Shown one piece after another: positions 30,721 to 43,060 of a stretch of 64,000 nt of DNA. The stretch is taken from NCBI RefSeq assembly GCF_009914755.1, contig NC_060931.1. One strand, given 5' to 3'. The notes below the pieces were generated by a model. That model did not search any database. It saw only the letters and a list, made by a program, of their open reading frames with translations, and was not told the DNA's origin. The first letter of the stretch is position 1. Each line of letters opens with the position of its first letter. Made by a program: the position numbers and the translations under genes. This DNA is from the human T2T-CHM13v2.0 reference genome, Homo sapiens.

Positions 30721-33700
30721 GCACTCAGGGGATGGTGTATGACATGGGGAGGGAGGTGGGGGCAGTGCAGGAACAGAGCGGGGGAGTTGCATAGTCACAG
30801 GAGGACGTCAAAGCTACATCAGGAAGCACCGGTGCATCTGTGCACAGTGGGGAGCAGTAAAAGCTCTGCATCGGACAGAAATATCATCCAACTGTGTCCC
30901 AGAAGGAGGATAAAAGTAACAATATTAAAATTAAAAATTTAAAGATACATAGCAGTTTCTATTTGCTGAGCCTTAACTATGAGCCAGCACTATTCTAAGT
31001 CCTTCCTATTTTAATCCTCAGGATTTGTGAATAATGAATTAAAGATAATAGGGAGAAGGGAAGGCATTCAATAAGAGTTACAAAAACGGTTCATTAGAGA
31101 GATGATAAGGTTGTAAACTCAGAGAACACTAGTGTGGATAGTTTGAGAAGCAGAATTGGTAAAAATAATCAGTATATGCAGGATTAAAGGAGAACAAGGT
31201 GTCAAGGTTAACTGCAAGAGAGGTTGGCTAGGTCACTGGGGAAGAGGAAATCACAAAGAAGGAAGGCTGGGAACACACCAGGTTTGTGGGTGGGGACGAC
31301 GTTTGTTTCTTCTGCAGGCTGAACTGTGTGGCAGAGGAGATCCCCGTGGGAGGGGCAGGTGGAGAATGCCAGGGACAGACTGCTGAGAGGGAAACGGAGG
31401 CGGCAGAGCAAGTGGTGGCAGCGTGCATGGTGGTCCCGGCTTGCATGCAACACGTCAACACTTAAGCAGGCAAGGGCATAGCAAGGACAGAAACCAAGGT
31501 GCACGCTGCATATGAGGAACGAAGACAGCGCTTCCCTTTTTTTTTTTTTTCGGTGGTATCCAAGAGTAAGATATGCATCTTGAAGTGAGACCTGGGGAAG
31601 TCCCACAACACAGCACTTACCCTAATCGCGTGGGAGCCTCTCACGTATCACTGTGTCCTATTATATCATATTTATTCTCTTCTGTCTCACTTTTTAAAAT
31701 TTCTGGCTGCAACACCCTAAAACTCTCTCAGGGTCATTAATGGGCTGTGGCTTGCAGTTTCAAACACACTGGATCCAGGCGACAGGCTGTTTGGAGGGAG
31801 GAGGGAGCCAGGCTGAGGAACAGAGATGCAAAGGTTTGGGGGTGAAGCTGAAGATGACTGACTGCCAAGCTAGGCTCCAGTGGCACCAGCTCCAGGAGAG
31901 GACCCTGGGTCACAGGACGAATGGAGGCCTCAGAGCTACTCATCAGAGAGTGCACTGTGCGTGGATAAATGGGAGGAGGGAGGTCAGTTGGGAGAAGGTG
32001 TGAGAAAATGGAACAGTAGAAAATCTGTCAAAGTAAAGAGGATGGGATAGATCCTCCATCTGTTTTAGGAGAAAAACAATAAAAAAGAGGTGCTGAGCAG
32101 AGGAGCAAAATCGACAATAAAGACAGACAGCCCAAGGTCATGTGCTCAGGAGCCAGGAGAAGAGAGAGCTTCAAGGGTGAGAGAGAGGCGGTATTCATTT
32201 CAAACGCGGTAATACTGAGAGATAAATCAGAGTGATAAGAATCAGAAATGAAATCTATTAGCATTTTATTTTGCCTACAGGAAAGCTGTAAATGAGAGGC
32301 TGATTTCAAAATGTGAACGTGGTCAGGGTTGAAATGGGGCTGAGGAGGAGCCCCTGACGTGTGACGGGAAGACCCCAGGTGGCGAGGAAGAAGTGTCGGG
32401 GAAAGGCGGTGGTCAGCACATTGCAGGATCTAGATTTTACGAGTAGAATGCAAGACTACATAAAAAAATACAGTGGCACTCTAATCAGCAGTAAACTCAT
32501 GCTCAAAATGCTCTTTACGGAAGATGAATGTGCAGCTTGCCCTCGCATCAGCAAGGAAAGGGCTGGTGAGCAGAGTGTGAAGGATGATCCCATGCAGGAA
32601 GCCTGTAGGCTTTGTGAACTGAGAGGAAACACTCCTTAAGAAGATGACGTGAAGTCAATTAAAGGGATCAGGTGGGCTCTCCTTCCCAATCAGAGAAGAC
32701 AGGGTCATAGTTCCATTCCTGGGCTGCTCAACTGTGCACAGTGGGGGTGCCTGTCCCAGGCCTGGTCAGGGCCAGCACAGACTCCTTGACATGGTTTTAA
32801 CTCACATTTTCACAATCCCTGGAAAAATGCAAAGCATTTCTATAAAGTAGTTAAGGCTTTACATGTATATCAAATAGAAATGGAACCTATACATTCAAGA
32901 CATTAAAAAGCTCTATGCGTATTCAAAGGTGGTAGCATTGTTGGTGATATTTTATGTCTCTTTGGAACACATTTACAAAGACAGTTTAGAAACCAGACAA
33001 TAAATCAGTCTTGTTGTTATATGTTCACACTTCACTTTTACATTGAAAACAGTGTGACAATCAACTTAGTCAATGACTGGGATGCAAATAACTTATTTAT
33101 CCCACCTGGTATCAACTAACTTTATGCCACATCCTCATGCATCTGCCTTCAAAAAGAAGAGTCACCATTACTGAGAATGTTCAGAGATCGCCCTCTACCA
33201 GGTTACTGAAGGAAGATCCCAAAGAAGAATTTTAAACTTTTCTGAGCAACATCAGAAGCTTTCCAAGGTGAAATTTTTGAAAAGAAAATATTTTCTCCAG
33301 ATACATTTCATATTCCACTACACCTGTTGGAAATTTCTACTAGGAGGGACTTCTGGTCCCAAAATGGTGGTGCAGTAGAAGCAAGGTGACTTCACTCTGC
33401 TCCACAGAGAAGCAAAAACACACACAGCACTGACACAATCCCAGCAATGGCCACACACTCAAATACAAAAGGAGACAGTTCCCAGGAACACAGAAAATTG
33501 AAAACACCCCAAGCAGACAGCAAAAGCATCAGACCACCATGTCTGCACCATCCCTCCTCATAATCTGTTTGGCATCAAGAGTATGGGAAATTTCCCCTCA
33601 ACTCATAGCTTCTATGCTGGAAAAAGTGAGGGTGAGGTGGACAATCAGCTTCTCCAACCTCTTGGGGGCCCTGGCTGGAGACCTGTTCCTGCTTCAACCC

Positions 33701-33944
33701 ATGGGAAGCGCTGCAAATGTGTGAAGGGAAACATCCCTGAGGACAGCCAGAGATAAAAGGGGGAGGTGGGACTATAGTCCCCAGCCCCACAAACTCTACT
33801 CTGCAACTCGGTCAAAGAGGCACTCCATCAGAGTGGCTGCTCACAGCACCACCCTGTAGCAGGAATGCTCCACAGGTCCCCTCAGCACGAGGCCCCAGCC
33901 AGCCTTCTCACACTGCTGGCATATCCCCTTTGAGACCTCTCCCA

Positions 33945-34006
33945 TTCAGTACAGGCAGCACTCAGATCTTTAACCTTCAGTACAGGCAGCACTCAGATCT
34001 TTAACC
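33945..34006. repeat. Perfect 31-bp tandem duplication
   Basis: ttcagtacaggcagcactcagatctttaacc occurs twice in tandem. Confidence 0.9.
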
Positions 34007-35842
34007 AGAGCCAAGGTAAACCTGGGCTTAAGGTGCCATCTAGTGCCGAAAAGGAGACAGGGACCTAGAAGGGGGAGAAAAAGAAATTCCACAGGTAAAT
34101 TATGTGACTCTCTAAGCAAATGTATCCAATAAAAACTAAAACAAGCCAGGAGACAAGACTGGAGTAAATAAATAATCCTTCAGTGCAAGGACACAGACAC
34201 ACATCAACAAGAAACAGCAGCAAATGGGAAGCCATGGCCTTCTCAAATGGACAAAGTAAGGAACTAGCGATTGGCCCTAATAAGATGGCAATATGTGAGT
34301 TCTCGGACCAAGAATTCAAAATAGCAGTTTTAAGGAAACTCAGTGATTTCCAAGATAACACAGAAAAGCAATTCAGAAATTTAACAAAGAGATTGAAACA
34401 ATTTTTAAAAATTCAAACAGAAATCTTGGAACTGAGAAATACATTTGCTGAACTGAAAAATTCATTATAGCCTCTCAAAAGCAGAATGGATCAAGCAGAG
34501 GAAGGAATCAGTGAGCTCAAAGACAGGCTATTTGAAAATACACAATCAGGGATGGAAAAAGAACAAAGAATGAAGAGGGATGAAGACCACTTGCAAGACA
34601 GAAAATTACCTCAAAACATCAAATATAGGAATGATTGATGTTCAAGGGGAAGCTGAGCAAGAACAAGGGGTAGAAAGCTTACTCAAAGAAACAATAACAG
34701 AAAACTTCTCAAAACTTGAGAAAGACATAAACATCTAGGTACAGGAAGGTCAGAGAACACCAAACAGATTTGACCCAAATAAGACTACTGTAAGGCATAT
34801 AATAATCAAACTCTCAAAAGTCAAGGACAAAGAGAGATCCTAAAAGCAGCAAGAGAAAAGAAGCAAGGAATATTTAAAGCAGCTCTCATTTGTCTGGCAA
34901 CCAACTACTCAACAGAAACCATACAGGCCAGGAGAGAGTAGGATGACATTTGCAAAGTGCTGGAAGGAGAAAAAAATGAAAAACCTGTCACCCAAGAATA
35001 CTATATCCAGCAAAGCATTCCTTCAACTATAAAGGAGAGATAAAGTCTTACCCATACAAACAAAAGCTGAGATAATTCACCACTACTAGTCCTGTGTTAC
35101 AAATCATGCTAAAGAGAGTTCTTCAGTCTGAAAGAAAAAAAAGTAACATGCAAAAAGAAAATATTTGAAGGTATAAAACACACCGGTAAAAGTAAGCACT
35201 CAAACTAACCCAGAATACTCCAATACTGTAATTGTGGGGTGCAATCCACTCATAACCGTAGAATGAAGCCCAAAAGACAAATCTGTCAAAAACAATAATA
35301 GCTGCAGCAACCTATTAAGAGATAGGCAGCATACAAATATGTAGATTGAGACAATAGGAAGTCAAAGTGTGGGGGGATGGACTTAAAATACAGAGGGGTT
35401 TTTTTTCATTTTTTTCTTTGTTTCTATTCTTTTGTGATCTCAGTTATCTCTTTAAGATAACTTGTTATATGTTTAAGTTGTTTTTTATAAGTCTCATGGC
35501 AACTACAATAAAAAAAAACTGTAACACATGCACTAAAAATAAAAAGCAATGAATTAAAACATACTAGCAGAGAAAATCACTTTACCACAAAGTAAGACAG
35601 AAAGCAAGCAAGGCAACAAGAATGAGGAGTTACAAAACAATGAAAAAACAAACAAAATAGCAGTAGTCAGTCCTTACTCATCAATAATAACATTGAATTT
35701 AAATGTACTCAATTCTCCAATTAAAAGATATAGAATGGCTGTATGGATAAAGAAATAAGACCCAACTATAAGCTGCCCACAATAAACCAGCCATATCTAT
35801 AAAGATGGACATTGACTGAAAGGAATAGAAAAATATATTTCA

Positions 35843-36133
35843 GGCTGGGCACAGAGGCTCACACCTGTAATCTCAGCACTTTGACAGGCCAAGTTGAGAG
35901 AATTGCTTGTGTCTGGGAGTTCAAGGCCAGCCTGGGCAATACAGTGAGACTCCATCTCTATAAAAAAATCAAAAATTAGCTGGGCATGGTGGCATGTGCC
36001 TGTGGTCTCAGCTACTTGGGATGCTGAGGTGGGAGGATCACTTGAGCATGGAAGGTCAAGCCTGCAGTGAGCCATGATCACACCACTGCACTCAGCTGAG
36101 ATAAGAGAATGTGACCCTGTCTCAGAAACAACA
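35843..36133 (+). mobile_element. AluJ nested in L1
   Basis: AluJ diagnostics (ggaggatcacttgagc; gagccatgatc). Degenerate TSD aaaaatatatttca / aaaaagatattcca. Confidence 0.88.
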
Positions 36134-38382
36134 AAAAAGATATTCCATGCAAGTGGAAACCAAAAATGGGCAGAAGCGGCTGTGCTTATATCAGATAAAA
36201 TAGACTGCAAGTCAAAGACTGCAAAAAGCAACAAAGAACATCACTATATAGTGATAAAAGGGTCAATCAGCAAGAGGATATAAAATTATAAATATATATG
36301 CACCCAACAATGGAACACTGAAGTATATAAAACAGACATTAATAGATCCAAAGGAAGAGATAGCCCGCAATACAATAATGGCAGGGCACTTCAACACCCC
36401 ATTCTCAGTAATGGACAGATCATTCAGGCAAGAAATCAACAAAGAAACTTTAGAGTTAAACTATACACTACACCAAATAGGCTTGACTGACATTTATATC
36501 ATTTCACCCGACTGCTACAGAATACCCATTCTTTTCATCAGAGCATGAAGCACTCTCCAGAATACACCACATCTTAGGCCACAAAACAAGTCTCAACAAA
36601 TTCAAAGCAGCAGAAATCATATCAAGTATCTTTTCTGACCACCATAGACTAAAACTAGAAATCAATAACAAGAAGAACCCCAGAAACTACATAAACACAT
36701 GGGAATTAAACCTCCTTCTAAATGGCCAATGAGTCAATGAAGAAGTTAAGAAGGAAATTTAAAAATGTCTTGAAACAAATGAAAATTGAAATATACTACA
36801 ATCTATGGGATACAATAAAAGCAATACTAAGAGGCAAGTGTATAATAATAAATGCCTACATCAAAAACATAGAAAGACTTCAAATAAACAACCTAACCAT
36901 GCACCTCAAGGACCAAGGAAAGCAAGAACAAGCCAAACCTAAAATGAGTAGAAGGAAAGAAATAATACAAATCAGAGCAGAAATAAATGAAATTAAGATA
37001 AAATATACAGAAAAATCAATAAAACAAAAAGTTTTTTGAAAAGGTAAACAAAATTGACAAACCTTTAGCTAGACTAAGAAAAAAGGAAAGAAGATCCAAA
37101 TAAATAAAGTCAGAAATGAAAAAGGAGATGTAACAACTCAGATCACAGGAATAAAAAGGATCATTAGAGACAATTATAAACAACTGCATGCCAAGAAATG
37201 GGAAAACCTAGAAGAAATAGGTACATTCCTGGACACTACCAAGATTGAACCATGAAGAAATAGAAAACTTCAACAAACCAATAACAGGTAATTAGATCAA
37301 AGCCATAATAAAAAAATTTACCATCAAAGAAAAGCCCAGGACCTGATGCCTTCACTGATGAATTCTACCAAACATTTGAAGAAATAATACCAATTCTACT
37401 CAAACTCTTCAAAAAATTGAAGAGGAGGGAATACCTCCAAACTCATTCTATGAGGTCAGTGTTACCCTGAAACCAAAAGCTGAAAAGACAAGAAAAAAAA
37501 AAAGGAGGACTATAGGCATAGACACAAAAATCTTCAACAAAATATTAGCAAACTGAATTCAAGAACACATTAAAAAGATCATTCAACATGATCGAGTGGG
37601 ATTCATCCCAGGGATACAATGACGATTCAAAATATGCATATCAATAAACATAATACATCACATTAACAGAATTAAGAACAAAACTACATGATCATTTCAA
37701 TAGATGCTAAAAAAGCATTTGATAAAATTCAACATCCCTTTATGATAAAACACTCATCAAAATGGGTATAGAAAGAACATACCTCAAAATAATAAACGCT
37801 ATATATGACAAATCCACAGCTAACACCATAATGAATGGGGAAACACTGAAAGCCTTTTCTCTAACATTTGGAGCAAGACAAGGATGTTCACTTTCACCAT
37901 TTTTATACAACATAGCACTGAAGTCCTGACCACAGCAATTAGGCAAGAGAAAGAAATACAGGCACCCAAATTGGAAAGGAAAAAGTCAAATTAGCCTTAT
38001 TTGCAGACATCATGATCTTATCATATTTATAAAACACCAAAGACTTCAAAACACTGTCAGAACTGACAAATTCAGTAAAGTTGCAGGATACAAAATCAAC
38101 ATACAAAAATCAGCAGCATTTATATATGCCAACAGCAAACAATCTAAAAAACAATAAAGTAACCCTATTTCCAATAGCTAAACATAATATAAGATACCTA
38201 GAAATTAATTTAACCAAAGAAGTAAAAGATCTATACAAGGAAAACGATACAACACTGAAGAAAACAATTGAAGACGACACAAAAAACTGGAAAGATATTC
38301 CATGCTCATGTATCCAAATAACTAATACTGTTAAAATGTCGATACTACCCAAAGCAATTGACAGATTCGATGCAGTCCCTAT

Positions 38383-38424
38383 TAGATGAGATGGGGCTTG
38401 TTCAGGGTGGGCATGGCTGTAGAC
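38383..38424 (-). pseudogene. Tailless 5S rRNA retropseudogene (5' ~41 nt)
   Basis: The reverse complement gtctacagccatgcccaccctgaacaagccccatctcatcta matches the 5S 5' end GTCTACGGCCATACCACCCTGAACGCGCCCGATCTCGTCTG. Flanked by a 16-bp degenerate TSD (38367-38382 and 38426-38441). Confidence 0.85.
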
Positions 38425-39184
38425 ATCAGTGTAGTCCCTATCAAAATGCCAATGACACTCTTCACAGAAAGAAAAATCTCTAAAATTTACATAAGCTCAC
38501 AAAAGACCCCAAATACCCAAAGCAATCCTGAGCAAAAATAACAAACATGGAGGTCTCATATGACCTGACTTCGAAATATGCTTCAAAGCTATAGTATCCA
38601 AATAAGCATAGTACTGGCATAAAAACAGACACACAGACCAATGGAACAGAATAGAGAATCCAGGTATAAATTCACACGTTTATAACCAACTCATTTTTCA
38701 CAAAGGCACCAAGAGCAGATATTGGGGAAAGGACAATCTCTTCAATAAATGTTGCTGAGAAAACTGGATTTCCATACACAGAAGAATGAAACAAGACTCC
38801 TATGTCTCACCATATACAAAAATCGAATCAAAATGGATTAAAGGCTTAAATATAAGACCCGAAACTATGAAACCACTAAAAGAAAACACTAAGGAAACAC
38901 TCCAGGACATTGATCAGGGCAAAGATTTTTTTGGTAAGGCCTCAAAAGCACAGATAACCAAAGCAAATAAAGATAAAATGAGATCACATCAAGCTAAAAG
39001 GCTTCTGCACAGCAAAGGAAACAAAAAAGTGAAGAAACAACCCACAGAATGGAGAAAATATATGTAAACGATCCATCTGACAAGGGATTAATAACCAGAA
39101 TATATAAAGAGCTCAAAACACTCAACAGCAAAAAAAAAAAAACCTCTAATTTAAAAATGGGCAAAAGATCTGAATAGACATTTT

Positions 39185-39607
39185 TCAAATAAAAACATAT
39201 AAATGGCCAACAGGTACAGTCATCAAATAAAAACATACAAATGGCAAACAGATATAGTCATCAAATAAAAACACACAAATGGCCAACAGATATAGTCATC
39301 AAATAAAAACACACAAATGGTAAACAGATATAGTCATCAAATAAAAACATACAAATGGCCAACAGATATAGTCATCAAATAAAAACATACAAATGGTAAA
39401 ACAGATATAGTCATCAAATAAAAACATACAAATGGTAAAACAGATATAGTCATCAAATAAAAACATACAAATGGCCAACAGGTATAGTCATCAAATAAAA
39501 ACATACAAATGGCCAACAGGTATAGTCATCAAATAAAAACATATAGGTGGTAAACAGATATAGTCATCAAATAAAAACTTACAAATGGCCAACAGATATA
39601 GTCATCA
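39185..39607. repeat. 38-bp minisatellite (~11 copies) derived from L1 ORF2
   Basis: Unit tcaaataaaaacatacaaatgg(cc/ta)aacagatatagtca. Confidence 0.92.
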
Positions 39608-39634
39608 GAGAAATACAAATCAAAATCACAGTGA

Positions 39635-39957
<323 letters not shown>

Positions 39958-41539
39958 CAAAATGGCTCTTATTGAAAAGACAGAAAATAACAAATGGCTG
40001 GCACGGATGTGGAGAGGAGCCCTCGGACACTGTGGGTGGGAATGTAAATTAGCGCAGCCACTATAGAGAATAGTATGGAGGTTGCTCAGAAAAAAGTGAA
40101 ACTAGAACTAACATATGATCCAGAAATTCCACTACCGGGTTTGTATCCAAAAGAAAGGAAATCAATATATCAAAGAGATATCTGCATGCCTGTGTTTATT
40201 GCAGGACTAGTCACAATAGCAAAAATATGGAGTCGACCTAAGTGTCCATCAATGGATGAATGGATATAGAAAATGCAGAATATATACACAATGGAATAGT
40301 ATTCTGCCATAAAAAAGGGTGCAAGCCTGTCATAGGCACCAACATGGGAAACTGGAAGTCATTATGTGAAGTGAAATAAGCCAAACATAGAAAGACAAAT
40401 ACTGCATGTTCTCACTCATATGTGGGAGCTAACAAATGGATCTCATGAGGGTGCCTCCGTTGAGATTGGTGGTTACCAGAGGATGGGAAGGGGAGCTGGG
40501 AGGAAGGAAGGAGAGACATTGACTAATGGCTACAAATAGACAGAAGAAATAAAACCTAGTGTTTGATAGATCAACAGGGTGACTAGAGTTAACAATAATG
40601 TATGTATGTTTCAAATTAGCCAAAAGAGAACAGCTTGACTGTTCCTGGCACAAAGAAAAGATGAATATTTTAGGTGAAGATCCCAATCACCCTGATTTGA
40701 TCTTTACAAATTATACAATGGTATTAAATTATCACATGTACCCTGAAAATATGTACATCGATTCTGTATCAATATAGAAAAGCTTTCTAGAGAGCCCATT
40801 TTTCTACACTCGGCACCTCCACAACAAGCAGGAAGCAGCCGGTGTGACCACACCTCCCAAAACCACCATTACGGGCTGCTTAGCATTCTAGGACATGGAG
40901 ACGTCGTGGGGGAAACTGCAGGGTGACTGAAGAAGGAGAATCCCAGAACTCCCCCAAGGACGACAGTGCAGAGCCCACAGCGTTGCTGAAGGGGCTGGGT
41001 GAGCTGTGAGTAGATCCCAGGCACCATCACCATCGTCCTTGCCATTGCTGGCCGTCATCTCTGGTCATCGCAAACAGAGCCCCTTACGGTACGTTAGGGG
41101 ATGGTGTGGAAACGCTTGGCTAAATGAAGATGCTGCTGACATTGCTACGTGGTGCCTGCCACACAGGCAGGCAATGTCTTCAGAGGAGCCCCAGCTTCTC
41201 CTCTCCCTTCTCCTCCTCAGATCTAGGTAGGGCCGCTTGTGCTCCCTTGGGGCATGAAGGAAAAACTTCACGCAGGCCACCCCTCTAGCCACCGTGCTCA
41301 TTCAGAAGCCACACCAGACAAACGTTGAGGGGTGGGTAAGGCTGCCTGGGCCCTGGGCCCTCAGAACCTCAAGCAAAGCTGCCCGAAGGTGGGGTCTGCC
41401 CTGGCGTCTGTGGGGTGGGGGCACACAGTCTGATCCCAGTCTGACATGCACCAGCTGTGAGCCTCGAGATGCCTCAAGTATGTCTTCATGGAGCCTCCGT
41501 GAAGACGTGATGGCACTCAGTGGGACTCCCCACAGGGCC

Positions 41540-41686
41540 AGTGGAACCTGTCCCTGCCTGGCCCCCCAGTTACCCAGTTACCCGGTGCAACCTGTCCCCG
41601 CCTGGTCACCCAGTTACCTGGTGGAACCCGTCCCCACCCAGCCACTCTGTTACCAGGTAGAACCTGTCCCTGCCCGACCACTCTGC
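41540..41686. repeat. Degenerate ~35-bp minisatellite (4 units) at the LTR insertion site
   Basis: Repeated gtggaacctgtcccc...cca...gttacc units. Confidence 0.7.
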
Positions 41687-42654
41687 TGTGGGGAAAAGCA
41701 AGAGAGATCAGATTGTTACTGTGTCTGTGTAGAAAGAAGTAGACATAGGAGACTCCATTTTGTTATGTACTAAGAAAAATTCTTCTGCCTTGAGATTCTG
41801 TTAATCTATGACCTTACCCCCAACCCCGTGCTCTGTGAAACATGTGCTGTGTCAACTCAGAGTTGAATGGATTAAGGGCGGTGCAGGATGTGCTTTGTTA
41901 AACAGATGCTTGAAGGCAGCATGCTCCTTAAGAGTCATCACCACTCCCTAATCTCAAGTACCCAGGGACACAAAAACTGCGGAAGGCCGCAGGGACCTCT
42001 GCCTAGGAAAGCCAGGTATTGTCCAAGGTTTCTCCCCATGTGATAGTCTGAAATATGGCCTCGTGGGAAGGGAAAGACCTGACCGTCCCCCAGCCCGACA
42101 CCCGTAAAGGGTCTGTGCTGAGGAGGATTAGTAAAAGAGGAGGGAATGCCTCTTGCAGTTGAGACAAGAGGAAGGCATCTGTCTCCTGCCTGTCCCTGGG
42201 CAATGGAATGTCTCGGTATAAAACCCGATTGTATGCTCCATCTACTGAGATAGGGAAAAACCGCCTTAGGGCTGGAGGTGGGACCTGCGGGCAGCAATAC
42301 TGCTTTGTAAAGCACTGAGATGTTTATGTGTATGCATATCTAAAAGCACAGCACTTAATCCTTTACATTGTCTATGATGCAAAGACCTTTGTTCACATGT
42401 TTGTCTGCTGACCCTCTCCCCACAATTGTCTTGTGACCCTGACACATCCCCCTCTTCGAGAAACACCCACAGATGATCAATAAATACTAAGGGAACTCAG
42501 AGGCTGGCGGGATCCTCCATATGCTGAACGCTGGTTCCCCGGGTCCCCTTATTTCTTTCTCTATACTTTGTCTCTGTGTCTTTTTCTTTTCCAAATCTCT
42601 CGTCCCACCTTACGAGAAACACCCACAGGTGTGTAGGGGCAACCCACCCCTACA
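41687..42654 (+). mobile_element. HERV-K(HML-2) LTR5_Hs solo LTR, 968 bp, antisense to PTPRN2
   Basis: TGTGGGGAAAAGCAAGAGAG...CCACCCCTACA termini and a perfect 6-bp TSD CTCTGC (41681-41686 and 42655-42660). Contains TATAAAA at 42217, OCT4-type ATGCAAAG at 42377 and AATAAA at 42479. Confidence 0.97.
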
Positions 42655-42757
42655 CTCTGCCACTTCGCCGCCACCCATGCTGCCATTGCACTGATGCTGG
42701 CTTCTCGTTTCCTGCTCCCCCTCTTTCTGAACACCCCCCGGCAGACACAGCGCTTAC

Positions 42758-43060
42758 ATGGGAGTGCACGAAGGACACCCTTCCCTCACGCTGAGCTCAG
42801 CACAGAGCCTGCAGGAGTTGCCCGCAGCCCGGCGGCTGCCATGGAGATACACACAGGACACAAGTGTCTGTGATTTCTGTGGCCACACCTGTGCTGGCTG
42901 CTCCTGACGTCCCTGGAGGCCAGCTGTTCCGGCAGGGCTGGGGCACACACACAATCTCCACAGTGCAGCCGCGGCCTCCTGCTGGGAACGTCCGCCCCGT
43001 CCTGCCTCTCGGGGCGGCTAAGTCGCTAAGTCACGCCCGTGTCCGGCTCTGATTGGAAAA
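42758..43060 (-). promoter_or_regulatory. Candidate intragenic promoter and first exon in PTPRN2 orientation
   Basis: CCAAT box (ctgattgg 43049-43056), GC boxes at 43011-43017 and 42992-42998, CACGCCC at 43032, local CpG enrichment, and a downstream minus-strand donor CAT|GTAAGC at 42758/42757. Confidence 0.4.

Noticed and set aside
39185-39607. Regular ~38-bp repeats superficially like a CRISPR array
   Set aside because: Tandem units without unique spacers, derived from L1, in a eukaryotic context with no cas genes.
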